Shown: piece after piece, positions 18,444-27,488 of the stretch
How positions within the stretch are numbered: position 1 is the first letter of the stretch
Layout of the letters: every line of letters starts with the position of its first letter
Source: a virus
Lineage: Duplodnaviria; Caudoviricetes
Strand: one strand, 5' to 3'
Virus record (IMG/VR): IMGVR_UViG_3300032053_000004
Span: 138,144 to 202,143 of that record
DNA length: 64,000 nucleotides
Translations under genes and position numbers: made by a program
Notes under the pieces: generated by a model
What the model was told of the DNA's origin: nothing
The model's database searches: none
The model's input: the letters and a program-made list of their open reading frames with translations, nothing else

Positions 18444-21400
18444 ATGGGAATCGGACCTTTCACCACATACGCACCTCCTGGAGTTTACACGAGCACCTTA
18501 GTTGAACCGGCCGTCGGTCAACTTTTAGGTGGTCTTCGTATACCTGTACTAATTGGCACAGGCCAAGAATCTATGTCTCAGGACAATTATGAAATTGTCC
18601 GTGGGTCTAGCAGCGTATCCGATACTCCGATCTTCGGAGAAGACGTCGCTGCCCGCTGGGTTGTTAGTGGTACTAACACCAACCCGGTCCTTGGTAACCA
18701 AACCGGGGATCTTTTCAAGTTCCGAGTTCGGAACTATCCGATCGTAGATGGGACTGGCATCGGGCGGACTGCCTTTGACGCTAACCGCGTTGCAGTTTCT
18801 GTCAATGGCCAACCTGTATCTGTTTCTGGTGTTGATGGCACTAACGGCATCGTCTCTCTTTTAATTGCTCCTGAGCCTACTGATATTGTTACAGTTAATT
18901 ATTATTTCCACCGTAAAGATACCAGAATCACCGATGACGTCTCGATTCAGGTGACGCTCGGATCTGCCGTTCTGATTGTTCCGAGAGTAGAGACATATGT
19001 CATAGTTACTGGTGTTAACGACACATTAATCGTTAATGTCAATGATTCGGCCAGTTCTTCGACGATCGTTTTCCCGGCGGCTACATATACCGCTGCTTCA
19101 GCGGCTAATGCTATTAATATAGCGGCCATTCCGGGTCTCACAGCCTCGGTCCATGTTGATAATCAGGCCTTGAATCACGTTCAGCTCGTTGCTCAAGGAA
19201 ACGTTCTGATTGGTTCAGGAAACGCCAACGGAACCTTCGGACTCAATCCGGGCGCATATACGAATAGAAATCGTAGTTTCCGAGTATTCAACGGTCCGAT
19301 CGTTGACGGGTCTGATGGTGGCATTACGACCACTGATCCTTCGAAGGTCGTGGTTATGGTTAATGGCACTCAGGTTCTCGCTTCGGCGGTGGACGGTGCC
19401 AATCGTTTAGTGACTCTTTCGTCTGCTCCTTTTAATGCAGCGATAGTTACTATTCAATACTACTTCAACACATACCAAGATACTTTCGATTATCTCCCGA
19501 ATTCAAATATCGTTTCGACCGGGAATGTCGGCATATCCCCTGGCCGTCGGGACTATCTGAACGGCCCCGATTTCATCGTCATAAACCAAGGCGATCAGTC
19601 CATAATTCAGTGGGGTACCGCCTTCCAGGTTCAGCCGGGAACGAGAACCGGAACCACGTTTTTCGATGGAACCCAAGTTCTTGGGTTACTTGTCGATGAT
19701 CGCATATTTGCGATAGAGTGTGCTCGATTTACTAATCCGACTACAAATTCGATCGAGACGAATGTTTGGACGCTTCCGCTCCAGCCTACGACCGGAAATG
19801 GGCGTGATACGCCTCTTTCAACTTCTGTATTCAATGCCATAACGAATGGCAGAATTGATCTTCCAACCGATCAGCCTGAACTGGTTACTGCTTATGTTGG
19901 AAAAACGGTCCGCGACGCTCTCGGGCGTCCTCCGGTCACCGTTCTTGCGGTTGATTCTGTGACCAATAATATAACTCTTAAAGATCCGGTTCCAGCGGAT
20001 TATAGAGTTTACGCAACATTCTGGTACAATCGTATTCAGGATGACACTTATACCCTGACGGTCATCAACGCTGGTTCTACTGGTGTTGGTACGTATAACG
20101 TCGCATCCCAAGCTCAGGGTCGTAATCTTCTGAGTATGAGATTCGGAACGAAGACGGCTCTTCCCCAATCGGTTAATTTCCCGAGTGGTTCAGAACTCAA
20201 TCCCGACGCGATTCAATTCGGTGGGAACCCGGTTTCTGAAACTGCGACTATTACTTTCACGTTGCAACCGGCGACTCACGCTTCGTTCACCAATGCGAAC
20301 GCGGAGCCGTACGATCTGTTTGCCCCAGGGTCGAACATTTTCGGGAGCGTCATTATTGACGGTGTTCCGATCAGCGTGAACATGTCTACGGCTTATCCGG
20401 CAACTCTCGCCGGTCAGCCGGTGTTTACTCCGGCAACTCTCGTTTTCGCGGCGACGGATCGTCTCGTTCTTGAAGTTGATGGTGTTTCGCTCAGCCCAAT
20501 CGATGTGAGCGCTCTCACTACGCTCTCGGCTGTTGCGAACTCGGTCAATGAACAGACTGTTATCGATCTCGCAAATGAGCTGAAGGCGGATTATAACTCT
20601 CATATTGCATCTACGACATATCATCTTGCAGCGGACGTCGCTAACCCGGTTACATCTCCTGATGCAACCTCACTTGCATCTGCTATTACTCTCATAAACG
20701 AGATGCAGGGTGACTACAACGCCCACAGAGTCAGCGTAGTTTTCCATCCAAACGCTGATATAATTAACGTATCGGCGGCGGCTGCAGCTGTCGATCTTCC
20801 GACTGCCGTCACACTCGCTAATGAACTGAAGACCGTATTTAACTCTCATCGCGTTCAGTTCAATACAACGAACGGAAACGTTCATGTTATTGATGATACA
20901 GTGAACGTTGTTTCCACTCCCAATTCTGGTGGAGTGGCAACAGTTATCACTTACGGAACCGAACAGGTTCTGGGTCTTCAGAGCACGAAGACTCCAGCAG
21001 CAGCACCTTCTGGATTGAATGATCTTTCTAGAACCAAGGTTTTGATCCCGGTTCTTTCGGGCCAAACTGACGCGGCGTCTAAAATCGGCCTCCAGTCCAA
21101 TTTGGAAGCCACTGGGTCTTACAACTCGATCAATCAGCCTGGATTCCAAGTTAGTGGAAACGCCGGACCATTCAATATTTCAGCATCGGTTACTGATCAG
21201 TTTAGGTTCAATATTGACGGAACTGATTTTACTTCAATTCTTCCGTCAGGATCAACGACTTCAACTACAGCAGTCGCCAACGCCATCAACGGAACCATAG
21301 CTTCAGCGGCCGACATAGCAACCGCTACAGCTACGCTCGTTACTCTTGCAAACGATATCAAGACTCAGTTTAACCTTCACATACCGTCTGTTGTTTTCCA

Positions 21401-23489
21401 CACGATTGCTGACGTCGTTAATACCATAACGTCTCCTGCTGCAACAGATCTCACGACGTCCATAACGCTTTTGAATGAAGCAAGACTGCGCCATAACGCT
21501 CATCGGGTTACTGGCGCTTTCCATCCAGCTCCGGATACGATAAACGCTGTTCTTGCGTCTAACGCAACGAATCTTGGAACAGCGATTACTCTCGCCAATG
21601 AGATTAAGGCTGAGTTTAATCGTCATCGGCTTCAGACTATCGGTGCTGTCAATGTTCACGTGGCTGATGACGCCGTAAACGTTGTTGCGGCAGTGGATGT
21701 GCTTTTTGCAAATCCTGCGGCCTTCGCAGGAACGTTGACCGGTCAGTATGCAGGTAAGCTCCTCCTCCGTTCCTTCGTCAATACTGTTCAGTCGGTTGTG
21801 ACTACTCAGGACGGAACGGCAAACTCAGTTCTTGGATTCTCGAGTTTTGTAGACGCTTTCCGTGACCAGCCTACGGCTTCGGATATCGCGTCGGCTTTGG
21901 ATGCGAATACGACATTCTTCGGAGCAGTACCGGTTCTCCCTGCGGTTCTTCGGACTAGTTCCAAGAGCATTGCATGGGCGATATCCGTAGCTGGTCTTGG
22001 AATGTTCCTCCAGATTAACTCGGATACTGCCGGTTCGACGTCAACGATTTCGTTTGCTTCTGTTGCAAACACGGCGTTCATTCCGGATACTGGGATCGGA
22101 ATTACTCCAGGAATCTCCGGAGATACTGGAGAAGCCACTCACTCGGGCTTCACGGTCACTTCGTCGGACTTGATTAACGGTTCTAGTGGAACTGGTTTCC
22201 CAGGCCAGACTTACACGGACGCCCGTACCGGTCTTCGATTCACCATTCTTCCTGCTACGAGCGGAGATTACGCGATCGGTGGGAGTTTCACTCTCCTCAT
22301 AGGATCGACTTTCACCTGCGACGCGTCAATTCCGACTCGCCAAGTTCCGGGTATTGAGACTACGGTTCTGAATACGAACGGTATGGCCGCTGGTACTACG
22401 GCGTTCTTGTCCACATACCTCAGGACTGGCAATGAGCCTAGGAACGGGGATGTTTACTACATCTCATATCAGTTCGCGAAGACTGATATTTCTACGGCTC
22501 TTTTCCGGGATCTCAAGAGGATTCAACAGAACTTCGGACCTCCGACGCCTGAATTCCCTCTGAGTTTGGCTGCTCGTTTGGCTCTTTTGAACGGTGCCGT
22601 TCTCGTTGGAATTCGTCAGGTTCTTCGGGCTCCGAATTCTTCCCAGGCTTCTCTGCAATCATATGTCGAAGCGATTGATGATCAGCAGAAACCGATTGCT
22701 GGGAACATTAAACCGGATGTGATTACTCCTCTCACGTCTGACCCCCAGGTATTTGCTTACCTGAACCAACACTGTGCTTTCATGGGTTCACCTCGTCAAG
22801 AAGGTGAGCGTATCGGAGTTGTTGGTGTTGCGGTTGGAACCAACCCTCTCGGGGTTCAAGCTATCGCTAAGGGCTTGGCTTCTGAGCTCATGATTGTGGT
22901 TTATCCTGATTCATACGTGGTTACAATCACGGATACGGCGTCAGGTGGAAACCTCGATCTTTTGATTGATGGGACTTATTGTGCTGCGGCCTTGGCCGGA
23001 ACGGCATGCGCTCCTTCAATCGACGTGGCTACTCCTTGGACTCGTAGACAAATCCAAGGGCTCAAGCGCGTGGGTCGTATTCTTGATCCAACGGATGCCA
23101 ACCAGACGGCTGTTGCTGGTGTTACCGTCATTGAGCAAGTTGAGTCGGGTCTTCGGGTTCGTCACGGTCTCACGACAAACCTGGCCTCAGTCATTACGCG
23201 TACTCCTTCTGTCATATTGACCATTCAATATGTTCAACAGACCATGCGTAAGGTCCTGGATCCGTTCATCGGCCAGAAGTTCAATGGTCAAATTCTCAAG
23301 TCAATTGAGAGTGCCATGGTCGGAGCTTTCTCGACTCTGATCGATAATCAGATCGTGGCCAAGGTTTCGGGCATATCGGCAACTGTCGATGATCAGGATC
23401 CGACGATTGCTCGAACGGAAGCCATTTACGTTCCTGTCTTCCCGCTAGAATATATAGTATCTATACTTTCTATTCGTATTAGATTATAA
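18444..23489 (+). CDS. Contractile tail sheath protein with large insertions (1681 aa)
   Basis: N-terminal YAPPGVYT; C-terminal sheath core (ERIGVVG...GVTVIEQ...RVRHGLTT...FIGQK...YVPVFPLEYI); purine-rich SD-like leader. Confidence 0.9.
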   Translation: MGIGPFTTYAPPGVYTSTLVEPAVGQLLGGLRIPVLIGTGQESMSQDNYEIVRGSSSVSDTPIFGEDVAARWVVSGTNTNPVLGNQTGDLFKFRVRNYPIVDGTGIGRTAFDANRVAVSVNGQPVSVSGVDGTNGIVSLLIAPEPTDIVTVNYYFHRKDTRITDDVSIQVTLGSAVLIVPRVETYVIVTGVNDTLIVNVNDSASSSTIVFPAATYTAASAANAINIAAIPGLTASVHVDNQALNHVQLVAQGNVLIGSGNANGTFGLNPGAYTNRNRSFRVFNGPIVDGSDGGITTTDPSKVVVMVNGTQVLASAVDGANRLVTLSSAPFNAAIVTIQYYFNTYQDTFDYLPNSNIVSTGNVGISPGRRDYLNGPDFIVINQGDQSIIQWGTAFQVQPGTRTGTTFFDGTQVLGLLVDDRIFAIECARFTNPTTNSIETNVWTLPLQPTTGNGRDTPLSTSVFNAITNGRIDLPTDQPELVTAYVGKTVRDALGRPPVTVLAVDSVTNNITLKDPVPADYRVYATFWYNRIQDDTYTLTVINAGSTGVGTYNVASQAQGRNLLSMRFGTKTALPQSVNFPSGSELNPDAIQFGGNPVSETATITFTLQPATHASFTNANAEPYDLFAPGSNIFGSVIIDGVPISVNMSTAYPATLAGQPVFTPATLVFAATDRLVLEVDGVSLSPIDVSALTTLSAVANSVNEQTVIDLANELKADYNSHIASTTYHLAADVANPVTSPDATSLASAITLINEMQGDYNAHRVSVVFHPNADIINVSAAAAAVDLPTAVTLANELKTVFNSHRVQFNTTNGNVHVIDDTVNVVSTPNSGGVATVITYGTEQVLGLQSTKTPAAAPSGLNDLSRTKVLIPVLSGQTDAASKIGLQSNLEATGSYNSINQPGFQVSGNAGPFNISASVTDQFRFNIDGTDFTSILPSGSTTSTTAVANAINGTIASAADIATATATLVTLANDIKTQFNLHIPSVVFHTIADVVNTITSPAATDLTTSITLLNEARLRHNAHRVTGAFHPAPDTINAVLASNATNLGTAITLANEIKAEFNRHRLQTIGAVNVHVADDAVNVVAAVDVLFANPAAFAGTLTGQYAGKLLLRSFVNTVQSVVTTQDGTANSVLGFSSFVDAFRDQPTASDIASALDANTTFFGAVPVLPAVLRTSSKSIAWAISVAGLGMFLQINSDTAGSTSTISFASVANTAFIPDTGIGITPGISGDTGEATHSGFTVTSSDLINGSSGTGFPGQTYTDARTGLRFTILPATSGDYAIGGSFTLLIGSTFTCDASIPTRQVPGIETTVLNTNGMAAGTTAFLSTYLRTGNEPRNGDVYYISYQFAKTDISTALFRDLKRIQQNFGPPTPEFPLSLAARLALLNGAVLVGIRQVLRAPNSSQASLQSYVEAIDDQQKPIAGNIKPDVITPLTSDPQVFAYLNQHCAFMGSPRQEGERIGVVGVAVGTNPLGVQAIAKGLASELMIVVYPDSYVVTITDTASGGNLDLLIDGTYCAAALAGTACAPSIDVATPWTRRQIQGLKRVGRILDPTDANQTAVAGVTVIEQVESGLRVRHGLTTNLASVITRTPSVILTIQYVQQTMRKVLDPFIGQKFNGQILKSIESAMVGAFSTLIDNQIVAKVSGISATVDDQDPTIARTEAIYVPVFPLEYIVSILSIRIRL

Positions 23490-23510
23490 ACGTTTGTTCA
23501 GTATTCAATA

Positions 23511-23547
23511 TTGGAAGACATCCGAATTTAATCCGGATGTCTTCCAA
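23511..23547 (+). terminator. Hairpin after the sheath gene (14-bp arms, 9-nt loop)
   Basis: TTGGAAGACATCCG / CGGATGTCTTCCAA perfect inverted repeat. Confidence 0.6.
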
Positions 23548-23621
23548 TTGAATTCTTATTAGTTCAATATTTCCCGCTTGGAGGACCATCTGTGTTTGGT
23601 TTTTAGTTAATTTATATTAAT

Positions 23622-23957
23622 ATGAAGCCTTCTCAGATCGCTCAAGCTTTAAATCATATTGCTTCTAAAATTCAGGCTTCAAAGAATCCTGATAAAAATC
23701 TAGTTGCGAGGGATTTAAAGAAAATTATTGCTCAAATTGACGAAGATGGCTCTATGACTGAAGACGACTTCATTAAAATGATTGAGAAACATTTGCCAGA
23801 ATTAAAAGAATGTATGGGAAAAGGGACTTCTGAAGAAAATCAAGAATTAGAAAAATATATGAAAAAACATTTAGGTTTGGATAATTGGGATGAAATAATA
23901 TCCAGAGCAGGAAAAGTTCTGAAAACCATGATTAACTGGGTTGAATCAAAGAAATAG
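23622..23957 (+). CDS. MKPSQ-leader family protein 5
   Basis: MKPSQIAQALNHIASKIQASKNPDKNLVARDLKKIIAQI leader plus a short helical payload. Confidence 0.85.
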   Translation: MKPSQIAQALNHIASKIQASKNPDKNLVARDLKKIIAQIDEDGSMTEDDFIKMIEKHLPELKECMGKGTSEENQELEKYMKKHLGLDNWDEIISRAGKVLKTMINWVESKK

Positions 23958-23958
23958 T

Positions 23959-24273
23959 TTAGTTTAAAAGTTCAGAGGAAATTTCTCTAAAAATTTTACT
24001 TACATTAGTTTGATTAAACTCAAGAGTTTTCTCAGAAAACATTGGAGATATCAGTGTTATGTTTGGTTCCTTTTCATCGAGCCAAACTCTAACCGAAATA
24101 GGGCTTTGAAAGTTTCCTATTTGAACTCCTCCTTTAGCTAAGTATATATTATCGCTTTGGATTTCTTTCAAATCTATAAAAGGAAAGCTTTCTGTCATTT
24201 CTTTAAGATCATCGGATAATTTCATCCGATAGAATTTTGAAATTATCTTGGACCATTTTAAATCATACTTCAT
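23959..24273 (-). CDS. Hypothetical protein
   Basis: 104-aa ORF filling an otherwise empty interval, divergent from the AAA+ gene. Confidence 0.55.
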   Translation of the reverse strand: MKYDLKWSKIISKFYRMKLSDDLKEMTESFPFIDLKEIQSDNIYLAKGGVQIGNFQSPISVRVWLDEKEPNITLISPMFSEKTLEFNQTNVSKIFREISSELLN

Positions 24274-24315
24274 ATACTCTTATACATGATAAGGTTTCAA
24301 ATTTTCGGCTCTTAG

Positions 24316-24324
24316 TGGTATGAT
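24316..24324 (+). promoter_or_regulatory. Extended -10 (TGnTATGAT) 6 nt before ATG (leaderless candidate)
   Basis: TGG-TATGAT-atttat-ATG. Confidence 0.5.
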
Positions 24325-24330
24325 ATTTAT

Positions 24331-25857
24331 ATGAGCGGTTCTACCCGTAAGGCTATCAATCAGGTGTCTAAAGATCCTGGTTTTTCTATAGTCAAGTCTA
24401 CTCGTGAGGCTTCCTATTTACCTGCTCTCCAAGACCCTGATTATCAAATAAACCCACAAATTGCTGGGATTATAAATTACACATTAGATAGTTTCTTTTC
24501 AAAGCAAGACGAACGGAATCGTTTTTATAATCAAAATCTCCCAAATATACCGGCTGATCCTTCCGCAGCCTTGAAAGAGGCTTGGCTTGGATGTGAAATT
24601 CATAAATGTGTTCGTATTCATCAAGCTTATCCTCCCTTTTTAAGAAATTTACATGCTTGGGCTTTTTCCAAGATGTTTGAAGGTGGGAAATATGAAATCA
24701 TCCCGGTTCTAGATACATATGAATGGAAAGATTTCATTAAAGGGAACGCTGAATTTAAAATAGAACTTTCTCAGTTAAATATTGATTTTGGGAACGCCAT
24801 AACGCTTCCTGTCCACGGTCTTTTCTTTGTTTTAAACAAGACAAATAGTACTCATTTATTAGTCAATTTTGATTTTTGTTTTTATGATCCGACTTGTTCT
24901 ATCTCAGTTAATTCTTCGCCTGAGAATAAAGCTGATGCAGAACAATTTCTTCGAGATTTTGAAACTTCTGTTCTTCAAAATGATATATACTACAAGAAGT
25001 GTTTATCATACAATCGGGGGACTCTTGATTTCATACAAATCACACCAACATCTTGGTCAGACATAATTTTAAAGCAAGAAATTATAGATTCAATCCATAA
25101 TAATACGGTCGGAGTTTTAGAAAATATAGACGCGCTTCAAAGTGTAGGTATGTGCCCCAACCGAAATATTATTCTAATATCTCCGCCAGGAATGGCAAAA
25201 ACTACCATTTTCCGTGCAACTGCTATGGAAGCAGTTGGTAAATTTACTTGTATTTGGTGCACCGGAAAATCAATAAGTTATCCGGAAGATGTTACTTCAC
25301 TTTTTCAGGCAGCTAGGACTCTGGCTCCATGCATAATTTTTATTGAAGATATGGATTTATTTGGACGAACTCGAGGAGATTTACATGGTCAAGAGAGCCA
25401 TGTTCTAAACGAATTCTTAGCCTGTCTTGATGGTGTTCAAGAAAATATGGGTGTTGTCGTCATGGCTTCTACCAATGATATTAATTCTATGGACGAAGCT
25501 CTCATAAATCGCCCTGGGCGATTTGATGTTAAAATAGAAATACCTTTGCCCGACGAAAACGACCGGGCTCGCATGCTTTCTGAATTTTTAAAGAAATTTC
25601 ATGCAAAGCCAGATAAATCGATTACTAATGAAGCATGGACTAATGCTATTAGAATGACTGATGGTTTGACCGGCGCATATATGAAAGATCTGGCAAAATC
25701 TGTAGTTATACGATCAGTGGCTGCTGGTCGGTGCCAGAATAATTCCATCCAATTTAGTTCAGATGATCTCATAGGGTCAGCTGAACAAATACTGAAGAAC
25801 TTCTCAATAGGTAAAAAAGCCGTTTATGGGGATGGGTCAGACAACTCTAATCAATAG
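24331..25857 (+). CDS. AAA+ ATPase (classical clade, FtsH/Cdc48-like module)
   Basis: Walker A SPPGMAKTT, Walker B IIFIEDMD, second region of homology ASTN...ALINRPGRFD. Confidence 0.9.
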   Translation: MSGSTRKAINQVSKDPGFSIVKSTREASYLPALQDPDYQINPQIAGIINYTLDSFFSKQDERNRFYNQNLPNIPADPSAALKEAWLGCEIHKCVRIHQAYPPFLRNLHAWAFSKMFEGGKYEIIPVLDTYEWKDFIKGNAEFKIELSQLNIDFGNAITLPVHGLFFVLNKTNSTHLLVNFDFCFYDPTCSISVNSSPENKADAEQFLRDFETSVLQNDIYYKKCLSYNRGTLDFIQITPTSWSDIILKQEIIDSIHNNTVGVLENIDALQSVGMCPNRNIILISPPGMAKTTIFRATAMEAVGKFTCIWCTGKSISYPEDVTSLFQAARTLAPCIIFIEDMDLFGRTRGDLHGQESHVLNEFLACLDGVQENMGVVVMASTNDINSMDEALINRPGRFDVKIEIPLPDENDRARMLSEFLKKFHAKPDKSITNEAWTNAIRMTDGLTGAYMKDLAKSVVIRSVAAGRCQNNSIQFSSDDLIGSAEQILKNFSIGKKAVYGDGSDNSNQ

Positions 25858-25896
25858 ACCCTTCATAAAACTTAACTAGAGAGGACTGAAGAACCA

Positions 25897-26409
25897 ATGA
25901 ACCATAGCGAAGTTGTTAGCCGTCTGGTTGATCTTTCTGGCCGTCTTGCGGGCATGGACCCTCAGGATGATGCGGTTCAAAGGACCATTCAGGGCCTTCA
26001 GGCCAACGCGGAGCTTCTCCGAAGCAAGGCTGCGGACGCCCAACCGGGGGGTTTTCCTAAAGATTCTATGAAGAACGATATTGACTTTATAAGTCAACAG
26101 ATCTCCCGCCTCAAAGCAGCGGCTATGGTTCCCGCTTCCAATTGGCGTCGAGTTCTTTCAATCCTCGAAGGTCTAAATAACGCCGCTGTCGCAGCTTCTC
26201 GTCCCGCCAACGCTGCACTCCGTCCTAAGATTGCTAACATAGTTACGAAGGTTGCTGGCGTTTTTGCAGAAGTTGATACGGTTGAAGATCTCGACAAGCC
26301 TCTTGAGACTATTGAGAAGGCCGTCCACGGTCTCTATGGTGATCAATCAGCCAATAAGACATACTATTTTGATCGTCGCGGAAAAGGTCATCACTCAGAA
26401 CCTACGTGA
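25897..26409 (+). CDS. Helical Ala-rich protein, possibly an abundant internal head/scaffold-like protein
   Basis: GAGGA SD; GC-rich codons; internal segment ASRPANAALRPKIANIVTKVAG resembles the MKPSQ leader. Confidence 0.5.
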   Translation: MNHSEVVSRLVDLSGRLAGMDPQDDAVQRTIQGLQANAELLRSKAADAQPGGFPKDSMKNDIDFISQQISRLKAAAMVPASNWRRVLSILEGLNNAAVAASRPANAALRPKIANIVTKVAGVFAEVDTVEDLDKPLETIEKAVHGLYGDQSANKTYYFDRRGKGHHSEPT

Positions 26410-26415
26410 TGGTAT

Positions 26416-27411
26416 ATGTTGTTTCTAAAACGGGCTTCTAAAAGATTTTCTTATCCAAAAGGTTGGAAAAAAGATATATCTAAACCAAAGACATATACTA
26501 AACCTGAAATACCTAAACAGATCATTAGATATTTTATTCGGTCAGATTTAAATTCTTCGAAGATCCAAGAAACTATGGATCTTTTAAATGGAAATTTAAA
26601 AGATGAATTAAATGAAGTGCTACGCCAAAAATTTGGCGATAGTTGTCAAGTTATGAATTGGGGTAAAGATGGTTTTGGCATAGAATGTAAAAGTAAACGC
26701 AAAGAATGTAAAGATTTCATTCAATTTATAGCAGACAAATTTATTAAAAAAGGATCTTCAGATTTACAAAAACTTCTTACTAATACTGAAGAAATTTCCA
26801 AAAAACGGAAATATAATGGAACACCTAGATTTTCTCCTCTAGATGAAAATCCTATGGAAGAAAAAATTTCTTCCATAGCATCACGAATAGCTCAAAATCC
26901 AAAGCTTTCTCCAGGTGTTGCCTTTCATCTTGATGAAGATGGGACTTGGAAAGCTAAACCAGTTCCTCCTGAAGTTCGAAGAGAAGCTGAATATAGCGGA
27001 ACACTAACTATTTATGGTTATAAATCAGTGGTGTTTGAAACTCCCAATGGACAATCTTGGGCGCAGAGACTTGATTTGAGTTCTGAATCTGAAGAAAAAG
27101 AACCAGAGGAAGAACCCGAAGAACAAGAGTCTGAACCTGAGCCGGATGAGCCAGAAGAATCTGAGCCAGAAGAATCTGAGCCAGAAGAATCTGAGCCAGA
27201 AGAATCTGAGCCAGAAGAATCTGAGCCAGAACCCGAGTCCGAAGACGGGCTTGAGCCTGAAGAAGAATCTGAGTCGGAAGAAGCAACCCAGTTATCTTTC
27301 ACTTTAAAGAAATTATCTTCCGAGGTTTTTGCTTCTAAAAATCCAAATCCAGAGTTAATTTCTCGTGATTTGAGAAAAATCATTTCGATACTTTTAACCA
27401 AAAAAAGATAA
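26416..27411 (+). CDS. Modular protein with an acidic EPEES repeat and a C-terminal MKPSQ-leader-like domain
   Basis: Internal IASRIAQ motif; C-terminal LKKLSSEVFASKNPNPELISRDLRKIIS matches the leader consensus. Confidence 0.7.
   Translation: MLFLKRASKRFSYPKGWKKDISKPKTYTKPEIPKQIIRYFIRSDLNSSKIQETMDLLNGNLKDELNEVLRQKFGDSCQVMNWGKDGFGIECKSKRKECKDFIQFIADKFIKKGSSDLQKLLTNTEEISKKRKYNGTPRFSPLDENPMEEKISSIASRIAQNPKLSPGVAFHLDEDGTWKAKPVPPEVRREAEYSGTLTIYGYKSVVFETPNGQSWAQRLDLSSESEEKEPEEEPEEQESEPEPDEPEESEPEESEPEESEPEESEPEESEPEPESEDGLEPEEESESEEATQLSFTLKKLSSEVFASKNPNPELISRDLRKIISILLTKKR
27148..27231. repeat. 15-nt perfect tandem repeat x5.6 (GAGCCAGAAGAATCT)
   Basis: Read directly; encodes EPEES. Confidence 0.95.
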
Positions 27412-27488
27412 AACTAACTGATGATATTCAGAGAATTCTATATATAATATATAGAAGTATTAAGCTTTCTTTTGTTTTATATATATGA

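Noticed and set aside
27148-27231. Direct repeats (also 16504-16556 and 10603-10668) as a CRISPR array
   Set aside because: Units are contiguous with no spacers, have lengths divisible by three and encode low-complexity peptides; no cas genes are present.
27436-27456. AT-only palindrome TTCTATATAT-A-ATATATAGAA as a regulatory site
   Set aside because: Low-complexity TA run in AT-rich DNA; cannot be distinguished from chance, though it may be an operator.
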